DNA of 64,000 nucleotides from Podarcis liolepis (lineage: Eukaryota): assembly GCA_965112155.1 (NCBI GenBank), contig OZ218103.1, one strand, 5' to 3'. This document shows, one piece after another, positions 50,778 through 62,460 of the stretch. The notes beneath the pieces are model-generated. The model was not told the DNA's origin. It was given only the letters and a program-made list of their open reading frames with translations, and made no database searches. The position numbers were made by a program, and so were the translations under genes. Each line of letters starts with the position of its first letter. Position 1 is the stretch's first letter.

Positions 50778-52788
50778 GTATGTGGACCTATACCTCATTT
50801 ACACTACCCAAGTTTTTGGGATGGGTGAGTAGAGGTAAGGAGGGATTTTCTTGCTCTCTTATCTCCCACAACAGATACGAGTGGCAGAGTAGATAAAGGG
50901 AAGGGGAACTGGTAAGCAGCCATTGTCATTGTCCTCCTCTTCCTTCATTTGAAAGAGTCTCAACCCCACCTCTCCCTTCCTATTTTACCTGTGGCTCCCA
51001 AAGTGGCCCATTCCTATATCTTTTTCCTTGCTGAAGAGGTGCTGTAACCTCTTGAAAGAGAGCACAGATATCCCTGTTTGCAATGAGGATGTCTCATGCT
51101 GTCCCCTTCCGTTCAAGCTTAGTGACCTCTTGACTCCCTCCCCATTTCCAACTCCCCTGCAAGAGGGGCCTCCCCACCCCCATCAACAAGCATTTTGAAG
51201 CAGGTTGTGTTCGCTCGAAAGTGACATTTTAACAATCACAGTTGCAACATCCTATATGGGCTTATTGGTTTCAGTAACCTGATAGCTGTTTATCCAGTGT
51301 TATTGTCAAACAAATTATTACAGAACATCTAGTCAAACAAACTATTTATGGCTTGCAGAGAAAGAAACCTTGGAGGTAACTGTTGCTCTGCCTTTCTAAC
51401 TGGTTGAGGTGGTTACTTTGTTAACAGGAGTATTTAGGCTGACTTTTCTGGGTAGGAGCACCATATACCACAAAACCAAAAGACTCAGGGCTCATCCCCA
51501 CTTCCTCTTGTCCTGCTGCTTTCTTTCGGGGGAAACCAATCTTTAGTACTCAATTGGAGCAAATGGCAATTTGGGTTTGCTCCTATAGAACTTTAAAGAG
51601 AGGGGTTTTGCAGGGAAAGCTCTGGAGCAAAAAAACAGCGCTCAGATATAAGCTATGAGTTCTGTGTAATAACTTTGGACTGTGTGTGCACATTGCTGCT
51701 TTCTTCAGCTCCAGTGTGCTCCCACCCCTGGTGTTTGAAGGGAAAGGATTGTGGCAAGGGGAAAACTGCTCAAACCCATGCCTAGAAAGTATGGCTCAAG
51801 CAGAAAACTGTTCAGATCTGTGCTTTCCAGGCACAGGACAAGCAGAAGTGTGGATGAGCCCTGAAACGGCAAATAGTACAGTATCAGAAAAAAGCAGCAT
51901 TAATGTCTGAAAGCCTGCATAAACACAAACAGCCAAGTTTTAACCTCATGTCTAAATAGCTTCTTAAACTTTACAATGTCAATTTATAGCACTTTTCCTG
52001 ACTTTGTCAAGAGTTCACTTTGGTTGCCATTGATAATAATTTTCCCTCTTCCAATCTCAGTCTGCACAGAATTGTATGGGGGGCAGTCATTTTACATAGG
52101 GACAGTCATTTTTCTCTCTGTACAATTCACTCTGAGTGCAGCATCAAGCTATGTTGCTCTCAGGGGGACTTGCTGTATTGTATTCAAAGTGTGCAGTGGT
52201 GAAAAGGAAGGTGCCCCATGCACTACTAGCTGCTCCAGAGTGTGAGCAGCTACATTACCCAGGGCTTTTTAAAGGGCAAGGGGGGAAAATACCATACAGA
52301 AATGTTGCTGTAGTCATTGGACGCCTCTTAAAGGGATCTACAGAATCAAGTAGATTCATGATCCGATCCTGGTTATGATCCATACAGATAAAACTTCTGC
52401 AGATTCCTTCCCTATCATATATGACAAAAAGAGTACACTAGTTTCGGATTGACTAAAGCTGCTGTTTAAGGATACGTTAGCCTTGTGCGAAGGGATACTC
52501 TTGATTGAGAATCCACAACTTTCCTTGACAACCCAGTCCCAGTTTTTAATCACTTTCCCCTGCTGATCAAACTGCACCTTAATTTCTACTTTCAATCTGT
52601 CCAGTAGTGCTCTCTCCTTGTGCTTTCTGTCGCATATTATAACTGATATTTCTCTCTTAGCTTGTTCTTCAAAGGGGGATTTGTCAAGTTGGAAAGCATT
52701 AGAGCAGAAGCAGAGAAGAAAGACCCCGTTATTCCTATGAGCTAAGTAGGTTGTTGCTTGGAAGCTGGCAGGGGAGGGAAGCGAGGGT

Positions 52789-52997
52789 NNNNNNNNNNNN
52801 NNNNNNNNNNNNNNNNNNNNNNNNNNNNNNNNNNNNNNNNNNNNNNNNNNNNNNNNNNNNNNNNNNNNNNNNNNNNNNNNNNNNNNNNNNNNNNNNNNNN
52901 NNNNNNNNNNNNNNNNNNNNNNNNNNNNNNNNNNNNNNNNNNNNNNNNNNNNNNNNNNNNNNNNNNNNNNNNNNNNNNNNNNNNNNNNNNNNNNNNN
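52789..52997. other. Assembly gap (209 N)
   Basis: Run of n. Confidence 1.
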
Positions 52998-54178
52998 AAA
53001 CACATTTTACTGCTTTTTTGTCCATGTTTAAAAAGCACCGGTGACCTTTTTTTATTTAGCGTGCCCCAGGTGTAATGCTGAGGCTGATCCTCTTAGGGTT
53101 TATAACCTCAACAGAGAGTGCCTTTACCCAACGGAGGGATGATTTAAAGGAGGGCTAGAAATATGAGGCCTCACTGGTACTCGCACAAGTCTCTTGCTCT
53201 GCCTTTCCAGAGTGAAATGGTGGCTTGCCTTGGAAATGGTATAGGGAAAGGAGCTCTCGCTTAGAAGGGTTTGGTCAGGTTGTTGGTTGCTATTACAGAT
53301 TAGTGCTTGGGAAGGAGGGGAGGGCTGGACTTCAGGGTGCTGGTCCTTTACAATTAGCACAATTACCAATACATCTGCATCCTCCATACTAGATTGCAGA
53401 GTAGGTTAATATAACCAAAAAGCTCTATTGCTATGTAGAAGACAAAGCCAAGAGAAATCTAGGGTGAAATTCAACATCTTGCTATTGCAAACATTCTGTC
53501 TTCACAAGTATATCAGCTGGCCAGAGAGAACAATCCCCCCTCCCCATATGCTATTCTGGGTTCTTCTTACCCTCCCCCCAGCCAGTTTCACAGTGGGAAT
53601 AGTGGGAGGAAAGCCCCGTTGCAGAGGCCTTCAACTGATGGGGTTTGTTAGGTAAATCCTGCCGCCCGATATTTGGGCAATCTTCAGTGGTTCCAATATG
53701 TTTGGTGACTTGGAAGCATTTATTCTCCATGACATTTTGGTGCCATTCCACTGGTTCGATTCAAGAGACAAAGGAGAAATCCAATATTATATTCAATTAA
53801 CAGCGTTCTCTGCTTTTTGATTTCAACCATTTTGCTAGGAATGTCAAGTTTCTTTGAGACGACAGGAAAGATGACCCAGTATTGAGAGTGTCCAGGGGGC
53901 ATGAGGAGACATAATTTTTCCTTGAAGATAGTAACTCCCTAGGGAACAAAGGCTGCTGGTGTATCACAGGGTCCAATCACAAGAGTTCAGGTTGCCTTTT
54001 GTGGGGTTTTTGTGGGATGGGTTGAATTGACTGACTTATTTCTTTTTTTTAAAAAAACCTTCATGATTATAGTGTCAATAGTTGTATAGTGTATAGTTGT
54101 CCTGTACCATTGGGTTAATTGATTTGGAGGGTTGAGGATTTGATGAAATTCTCCAACACTTTTGTTTATTTAGAAACT

Positions 54179-54315
54179 CAGGGATGGGGAACCTGTAGCC
54201 CTCTAGATGTTTTTGGACTCCAGCTCCCAATAGCCCCAGCCAGCATGGCTAATGGTCAAGGATAATAGCTGTTTTAGTCTAGGAAAACCAGGAAGGCCTC
54301 AGGTTCATACTCTGC
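54179..54315. mobile_element. hAT-type MITE
   Basis: cagggatggggaacctgtagccctctagatg...ggactccagctccc...ctctg. Confidence 0.65.
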
Positions 54316-56560
54316 CCTCAGTTAGGTAGACTAAGTACAGATTATCTCCTGTTTTGCCCATTGTCTGCATGAAGAAAGAGGTTTTCTGAGGAGAGCATGA
54401 GCTGGCACCTAATTTTTCAAAGTAGATGTGCATCCATACCTTCTCCTTCAGGATTTTCTTTTCAAACAAAAATGCAGGAAAACAGACTCCATGCAGGAAT
54501 AAGAACTTGCCCTTAAGGGAACCCAGGGTCCATTGGCCACATTAGAATGGGCCCAGTTAACATTTCGATCACAATCCACAGGTTGAAGAACACTGCTCAT
54601 TAGTCAAGAGGTTATGTGACCTCAAATTGTTATTCTTTTGATTCAGAAAAGTGCAAATTGTAAGCACTAAAACAATGGACATTTTGTATTTTCTGGTGGC
54701 AGACAATGTGCCACAAAGAAAGACTTAATCTTCCTCTCCCTCAATCTATCCATCCCTTCTTCTTGTTTCTTCTTCACCCTCGAATCCATTTTTTACCCGC
54801 TATCAAAAAGATGGTTGTAGTGTCATTGGGGTGACCCACCTTTGATCAAATCTGAGTCCAGCTTTGAGCACAATCTACCAGCCAACAACTAAACACTAAT
54901 GCTAGTAGGGAGGAGGGAGATGGGCATTTAAAGCTGACAAGATTTCTAATTCTAAACCTTCTGCTCCCATTCCTCCCCCTCCATCCCATCTATGTGCCTG
55001 ATAATCCTCCTGACGCAGCCTAAATGGAGAAGCAGTTGCCATTCCACCTTGGTGAAATGAGAAACACAAATGAAGTGCAGTTTGGTGCTAGAGCAGGGGC
55101 TTGACTCACTGATACAGTGTTTAACATGCTGCCGAGGTATTTAGAATAGAACCGCTTGCTACCATTTTAAGAAGACAGTTTATTCATCTAAACGGCAAGC
55201 GTATGTAGAAGAGGGTCTGAGATTGACGTCTTTGGGATTAGTTTAGCCCTGCATTTTTTCTGGAGGTCGTTGTCATGGTGCTCAGGAGGTTTGCCGAATA
55301 AATGGGGCCAGCGTTCTTCTTGGGACCACATGCTAAAAACTAATACATAACGTTTAATTTACTGTCTCCGTAGCTAGCCCAGCCATTTTTCAGATAATAA
55401 TATTGGATTAGAGCGACTTGCAAGGGTGGATGGGAGTGGGCAGGCAGGCATGTGGGGGCTGATGAGGAGCAATGAGAGTCGTTGTTGAGGTTCCTTGAAG
55501 CAGAGTCGATGGCTTGTGCACTTTTATTTCTTCACAGAAGCAAATTGAAAAGGGAAGTATCTTTAACTCCTGCGATCAGGGTGTTACATGCAATCTGAGA
55601 AAGAAGGCAAGGGTTTACATTGCAACCAGAGCCCTCCCTGATGTCAAAATATTGTATCTATCCTATTATGATATGGGGAGAAGGATCCCATTCTTTAGCT
55701 TCAAATTTTATTTTGCTATCTTGGCCCTTTTTGATACAAAGATGGTCACATTTTTGCAAGGTGGGTACTTCTCTGAAAATTGTTTCTTGCTGCAGTTAGA
55801 AGACCAGGGTATTTGTTCCTCAAATGATTGGTTCGTGTAGCATTTTATAAACATTGTTCTATTTGCCTCTTTATTTAATAAACTTACACCCCTCTTTTTC
55901 AAATAAATTATAATAAACTACATGATCACAAAACACAAGGAAACATTAGTTAAAACAGCAAAACAGTAACAGTTTTCACCCCCTGCCAAAGTGATCACTG
56001 CATTATCTCAAAAGACAGGGGCTTTCAGCTGTCACAAACTTTTTTGGTTTTAAAGTGTCTGTGTATATGACTAATCTGAGCTGAAGTTGAATCAGTCAAG
56101 ATTATAAATCCAAACCCAACCATAAGGCTGTGGTAAGTTTAGTGCGGAGCTGTTGGTCAGTTTTTGTACATTACACACCAGTCCAGAGAAGTTAATGTAA
56201 TTGGGTTGGCAAATTTCCTAGAAAATAGGCTAATAGCCATTGACATGCAAATATGTGCACATTTTAAGTGGTTCACTACTTAGCTGAGCTTATTTTACAG
56301 AGCTCAGATGGTTTGGAGTGGGTGGGCACCTTGCCTGGGGTCACCACTGGGGATGGGGGATAATCCAGTGGCAACAGAGAAGTGGGTGATATGAGGCTAG
56401 GCTGGTTCAGAAAGGCTTTGGTTTTGTTTTTTTTAAAAAAGTGGTCTGAATAGAGTTACTTAGAGAGTTATCAGCTGGATTAATGGGAATGAGAAGACTA
56501 TTTCAAGTATAACAAGCAGCCTTGTAAATTACACAAAAATGGAAGTCAAATGAGACAACC

Positions 56561-56590
56561 TGTTTGTTTGTTTGTTTGTTTGTTTGTTTG
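56561..56590. repeat. (TGTT)n microsatellite
   Basis: Direct reading. Confidence 0.97.
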
Positions 56591-58459
56591 GCAATTCTTT
56601 GCTCCCCTAAAGGGCAGCTGAGGAACTATAGGATTGGCAGAAGGGCCACAATGCTAACAGAGAGGGAGTCCAGCTGCCCAACTGACCACCAGTGAGTCAG
56701 AAAGCTCCACCAATAACACTGTCACACTGACAGTGTTTTGTGAATGATGAAGACCAAAGCAGGACGTGATCAAAGGTAGCAGGGGAGGGTGTAGATCCAC
56801 AGGATACTAAGCTCCATCATTATCTTGACATATCCCCCTCCCAAGAAAGAAAGAGTTCCTGAAACGTCCTGGAACTAAAATTGTGGTTAATGAGGGGGGA
56901 AGAAGAGTGAAAAAAGAAAAAGCTATCTCCTGTTGCTGAGCATGTGAGCTTCACCTGCTCCCCTGCTGTTTGTCAGTGACCACTGATTTTTTTTTTGGGA
57001 GGGGGGCTGCACTCCACCTGAAAATGAGAATATTTGCACAAATGACAAAGCATATGCAAATATATGTAAATGGGTGGAGAGTCAAATCAACATATAGTGA
57101 GCCCAGAAAATCCTGTTAGCATCCCTATTCTCAGTAAATGAACCTCCTTAAAATATTGTCAAAGCGCTCTATCATTTCCCATAAATCTTTTTTGTGAATG
57201 GAATTTATACCTCTGCCATTGCTCTGAAGTTTGCACAGTACTGATAACCTTCACAATTTCAAGTAAACTGCTGACCATTTTGCCTGCATAGCTTGTGGTA
57301 AAAGAAAGGAAATGTCTGTGTTATTTGGGATATTTCTGAGATTAACAGGAAATCCTATAATTAGAAAAAGGTTTAATAATATACTAATATTTGTAATTAC
57401 TGAATGGATCTATGCAGTTAAATAGTGTTTGGCACCAAATGCTTCTTCTGATTGTGCATTACTGCTTTTATGTCTTTTTGTTTGAGTACATTTTCTGAGA
57501 GATTTTCATGCACGTTAAAAGTTAGCGGTGCAACTGAGGTGCCTTCGCTTGTATCCCTGTTTAAACCCTCAGATAGTATTTCAGTGGCTAAGAAAATGCA
57601 AATAAAAAAGTTTTCTTTAACAAAAGCAATATTTAGCATGGGCTTATTAGGGAGCCTCATATGTGGTCATTTGACCAAGGCACTGCTCACCTTTATCCTA
57701 TGAATTTTTGGTGGCATCTTTCTTGTCCAGGTGCAGAAGATAGTATTGCACATTCTTTTATAATCCCAGGTGATGTATACTTTACCTGTATGTATAATTA
57801 TGTAGTTTCCCAATGTATATGCCAGTGATACTGGAATGGAGATGATGGGGGAACATTATTTCATACAGTGCCTTTCACTTAACCCAACAATTCCAAGTTG
57901 CTGTCTTTACTTTTTCCAAATCATCTCTCTTTGCCTAATGGGCAGTATGGGCAGTATGGGCAAGATGTAGTTGTGTACTGGTGTTTCTATGTCATGACTG
58001 CCAGTGTTGTTCTTCAGTGATGTATTTCCATGTGAGAGATACAAAGCTAAATAATACAGCTACCTCTGCCACTAACACAAACTTAGGAGCACAATGGAGG
58101 ACAGAGGAGGGGCAATGCTCATGCATCCATTCCTAACCATAGGCACTGTATGCAAGCCACCACACATGAGGCCCAGAAATGATATTCTTGTTTGTCCCAT
58201 ACTGGGTGACAGGTTTGGCATGAACAGGTGAATATTTAGCTCTCTTAATGACTTCCTGCTTCATTCTCAAAAACCTTCTCAAGAGTTATGTCCATCTAAC
58301 TTAGAAGATGTCCCTCTTTATAGCTGGTTGTTGGTGATCATGTTTTCTTAATTAGCATTTTTTGCTATTACATATCACACATCCTTCTACGCTTCGTCTT
58401 GAGAACAAGGAACACTTTGCATTGTTAACTGCTTCTCCCTTTCCCCGCTTCTTCCACAG

Positions 58460-58555
58460 TCAATTTTGTTGTCAGCCTCAATCAAGCGAGAAGGAGACTC
58501 TCCAACGGCATCACCTCACTCCTCAGATGATATCCATCACTCAGACAGATACCAG
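58460..58555 (+). CDS. RNF220: RNF220 internal coding exon, 96 nt: SILLSASIKREGDSPTASPHSSDDIHHSDRYQ
   Basis: Acceptor ttctccctttccccgcttcttccacag|, donor CAG|gtgaga, phase 0/0. Matches recalled RNF220 SLLLSASIKREGESPTASPHSS..DDLHHSDRYQ. Confidence 0.94.
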
Positions 58556-58857
58556 GTGAGAGAGCAACCAGGAGGACTCAGCTGATGACTGGAAACCAGG
58601 AATTACTAAGTGCCACTACTAGTTCTTTCAGTGCTGCCATTCAAGTCCTTAACTTTTTCGTCTTTTGTGTTTTTCAGGGATTATAATATCCCACTTGTTT
58701 AATGCATATGTCCTTGCATCTGGGAAATCTTGCCAAAAAAAGTACTATGGTATACAAATGTTAAATAATACCCTTAACAGGTTTGCACCCAGTATAGCTT
58801 TCTGGTTCCTAATGCTTCTTGGTGCATCATGGCATAAAATACAGTTGTTAAGTATTT

Positions 58858-59078
58858 AATAATAATAATATTTATACCCCACCCATCTCTATTTATACCC
58901 CACCCACTCTGGGCGGCTTACAGCATATCTAAAAACATAAAATCTCCCAGTACAGGGCTGCCTTCAGATATCTTCTAAAAGTTGTCTTCTAAAAGTTATC
59001 TCCTTGACATCTGAAGGGAGGGCATTCCGCAGGGAGAGTGCCACTACTGAGAAGGCCCTCTGCCTGGTACCCTGTAAC
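58858..59078 (-). mobile_element. L2-like LINE 3' fragment
   Basis: (taa)n-tttataccccacc...ctctgggcggcttacagc tail, then ggagggcattcc...gccactactgagaaggccct. Confidence 0.65.
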
Positions 59079-60602
59079 TATTACTGAATAACGTTAGTTT
59101 TTGCAAATGGATGGAAAATAGGACTAGGCATAATGCCCCAATTAGCCAGAAACAAGTCACCACCAGTGGGACTCCATTCTGAAAATCATGTAAATGGAAT
59201 TTGCAGGTGTAAAAAGTGTTGTAGCCTTGTCAATTTTATTGGTCAGTAAGTTTTGTATAGTTTATTAAGGTGTGTACTGTGTCCAAAGCCAATAGAAGGT
59301 CACTGTACAACTACAGTTCCTATTAGAGTCTGAAATATGCGCACGCACACATTATGGGGTGCTGCCCATCATCTCCATGGGTATATGGGCTGTACTACTA
59401 ATTGGAATCCAGCCAGTGCATAACTGTGCTAATGAATCAGTAGTGGTCTGAGGCTGGGGTGAACGTTTGTGTCTATTGTATGACTAATATATCTAGCATT
59501 ATATGTCTTTTCTTAATTGTTAGTAGCTCCGGCCATAGTCATAGTTTATATAGTTCAGACTATGCCAGAGATATGAAGTGCTCACACTCTGTACTTTCTG
59601 CTAGTTCATGCTCTCAAAAATGAATCAACACTGTTCTGAATATTGTCAAATACAGATAAACATTGCTAATAGTATTCTTCTGTATGCAGTAAGTGATCCC
59701 AGTTTGCATTTGATGGCTTTACTTTTCACAACAGGCACTTCATGGAGACTCATAAATTCTTGATGGAGAGGCAAATGGGAATTATAGTTTGCTTTTATAG
59801 GGTAGAAGACTGGAGGATGATCCTTTTTTGTATTTTTTACTGCCCTAGAATTTGCAGGCCAGAGTAGTACAAAGCAACTCCAGTGTATAACTAGAATATG
59901 ACTAGGGAAATACACAGGCATCAGAGATAAATCTCCTCTGGGAGCTAATCCAATGGGCTTTATGCAAATAAAATAAAATAAAATTCTCTCCCTGATTCCA
60001 AGAGCTGCAAGCTGAGCTTTTCACGTGCTGGATGTGTGCCCTGATTATATATTTCTTTAAAACCGCAGTGCTGGTAATTTTGCATTGCAAGTTCTTTATG
60101 GCATTTATGATCTGCTAGGAAATATACTGTATATATTAGTGAGAGATTGGGAAGCAAACTTTTGCTTATGAGGTTGTTCTGAAGGAAATTTCACAAAGTT
60201 TGCACTGATAAGCTCTGTTGGTGGCTTAGCAAGGACAGAAACAGTTCACCATTTAGCCTATAGTCACATGAAAACTTAACCTAATGCACCTGCAATTACA
60301 TGGGGGAGCTCTCTGTGATAAAGCAAATATTTCCACATCCCTGCTACCAGAGATATGTAGAGAACATATATTTTATGTGGATAATTGTGGTCTGGAGTTG
60401 GGAACATGGACCCAAGGGAAGTGAGGAGGCAGGGTCAGAGAATAAAGACTTAATAGCAATTAGTACCAGAGGTGAAATCAGAAGACAGGACTCAGGAACA
60501 TAGAGTAATAAGGATCAGAGGACAAAAAAACCAACGCACAGCCAGTAGGAGTCAGGACCATAGTAAAATCAGGATCAGAGGGTAAACCAGAAGGCCGAAC
60601 TG

Positions 60603-60907
60603 GGGTATCTCCACATGACCTGTTTATTGAACATTCATCCTTGTTTTACTCTAAGGTGCTACTGGAAGGATTTTTTAAAATTTTGTTTCATCCTGGTTTG
60701 TTTGCATTGATATATGGCTTCCTGTCAATCATTTCCAACACTTTCTAGTGTATTGCCTCATCACTTTTCGCACCACCAAAAGTCCTTTTTCTAAAGTGGG
60801 GTTGTTGTGCAAGAGCACCAGAATGCTTTAATCTACTTTTATTGTGCAAACCTAAATTAGCTGGTATGCATTTGAATCTTTCCCGCAAAATAGTAACAGT
60901 CTGGAAT
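60603..60907. repeat. Second copy of the 27762-28255 repeat family, hosting the PLE micro-insertion
   Basis: Direct similarity to 27762-28255. Confidence 0.6.
60647..60686 (+). mobile_element. ~40-bp micro-insertion of the same PLE family as 980-1114
   Basis: ctctaaggtgctactggaaggattttttaaaattttg is similar to 1044-1079 (ctttaaggtgctacaggaaggaatttttttattttg). Flanked by ttcatccttgttt (60634-60646) and ttcatcctggttt (60687-60699). Confidence 0.7.
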
Positions 60908-61097
60908 GGATCTTAGTAGAACAAGCAAAGTTCTACTGAGACAAGAAGCCCTCTTGTTTTCCTTCCTGCCCAGGCTTGAATAGTCATTCTGGAAGGTACC
61001 TGTCCAAAAAGTTGTAGTGATTTTGCTTGCCACATGGGGTAATTAATGGTCAACAGTTCCTGAAATATGTATTTAGATCTAGCTGGATACAAATGTA

Positions 61098-61266
61098 CCG
61101 TATTTTTCGCTCTATAACACGCACCTGACCATAACACGCACATAGTTTGTAGAGGAGGAAAATCCGTAGGCATGCCACCCGTAGGCATTCCCTCCATAAC
61201 ACGCACAGACATTTCCCCTTACTTTCTAGGAGGAAAAAAGTGAGTGTTATGGTGCAAAAAATACGG
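61098..61266. mobile_element. Short MITE (169 bp) of the same Tc2-type family
   Basis: TA|CCGTATTTTTCGCTCTATAACACGCA ... gtgttatggtgcaaaaaatacgg|TA; shares sub-terminal sequence with 61476-62694. Confidence 0.88.
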
Positions 61267-61610
61267 TAATATGGTAAAGCAAGGGAAAATTCAGTAGGAA
61301 CAGAATTAGGAAGTGAAGCATTATTATGAGAGCTGAAAGGTTGATCAGAAAACTAGGATCTAGTCCAAGTTATAATTTGGCAGCCAAAATTAGTTGCTAG
61401 CTCTCTCCTACTTGGCTGTTTGGCACCTATACTGCATTTTTCTGTGTTCTTATAGAAAAGGGGAGAAATGTTTTACCGTATTTTTCGCTCTATAACACGC
61501 ACCTGACCATAACACGCACATCGTTTTTAGAGGAGGAAAACAAGGGAAAAAATATTCTGAATGAAACAGTGGACGTATCATTTTTGTGCTTCATGCTGTG
61601 GCCACAGACA

Positions 61611-61999
61611 TGTGATCTGATGGTGAATTTGGGGTGACCCAATGCAAAAATCCTGAGAATCCCTGTGGATCCATGCTTTGTAACCATGTTTTTGCACCAT
61701 TGCAGCCCCAGGCAACAGTGGGTGCGTGATTTTTTTTGGGGGGACAGGCTGTAGCCATGGACATGCTATGTGCTCTGATGGTGAATTTTGGCTGACCCAA
61801 TGCAAAGATCCTGAGGATCCATGTGGATCCATGCTTTGTAACCACGTTTTTGCACCATTGCAGCCCCAGGCAACAATGGGTGTGTGATTTTGGGGGGGCA
61901 GGCTGTAGCCATGGACATGCTATGTGCTCTGATGGTGAATTTTGGCTGACCCAATGCAAAGATCCTGAGGATCCATGTGGATCCATGCTTTGTAACCAC
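61611..61999. repeat. Tandem repeat, ~154-158-bp unit x ~2.5, inside the transposon
   Basis: Units start at 61611, 61769 and 61923 (tgtg[a/c]tctgatggtgaattt...ggatccatgctttgtaacca). Confidence 0.9.
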
Positions 62000-62277
62000 A
62001 TTTTAAGTGGGGAGGGAAGGAAAAACACAGAAGGCTAAGAATGCAGGAGAGGGCTATAACGTGAGGAAAGGAAGGCAAAAGTTTTCCCCCACCCACCCAC
62101 ACAAGCCAGCCACTGTTTAAGGATTTCATCCTTTTAAATGGAAGAAAGCATATTTGAATGCTGTCTGTCTCCAAAAACAAAAAGCAGGAAGTCAAATCAG
62201 AATTTTAAGCCGAACCTGTAATCTCTCTTCCCTTCACAAACATTGTTCCCTCCGGAGCAGGGACAGGATAGAAGGAC

Positions 62278-62460
62278 GGACGCTCTGCTTTCCCTCTCTA
62301 CTTGCCTGGAGGGGAGGGGCTTTCCCTGCTCTTTGTTCGGACGCTCTGCTTTTCCTCTCTACTTGCCTGGAGGGGAGGGGCTTTCCCTGCTCTTTGTTCG
62401 GACGCTCTGCTTTTCCTCTCTACTTGCCTGGAGGGGAGGGGCTTTCCCTGCTCTTTGTTC
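62278..62460. repeat. Tandem repeat, 61-bp unit x 3, inside the transposon
   Basis: Near-identical units start at 62278, 62339 and 62400 (ggacgctctgcttt..ctctctacttgcctggaggggaggggctttccctgctctttgttc). Confidence 0.93.

Noticed and set aside
52735-53075. Several ORFs spanning the N run
   Set aside because: Artefacts of the assembly gap.
58582-58600. Hammerhead-like CTGATGA...GAAA just after the exon
   Set aside because: Only 3 nt separate the boxes, so no helix II can form, and there is no helix I or III pairing.
61611-62460. CRISPR-like array
   Set aside because: Head-to-tail tandem units without unique spacers, inside a TIR element in a vertebrate intron; no cas genes.
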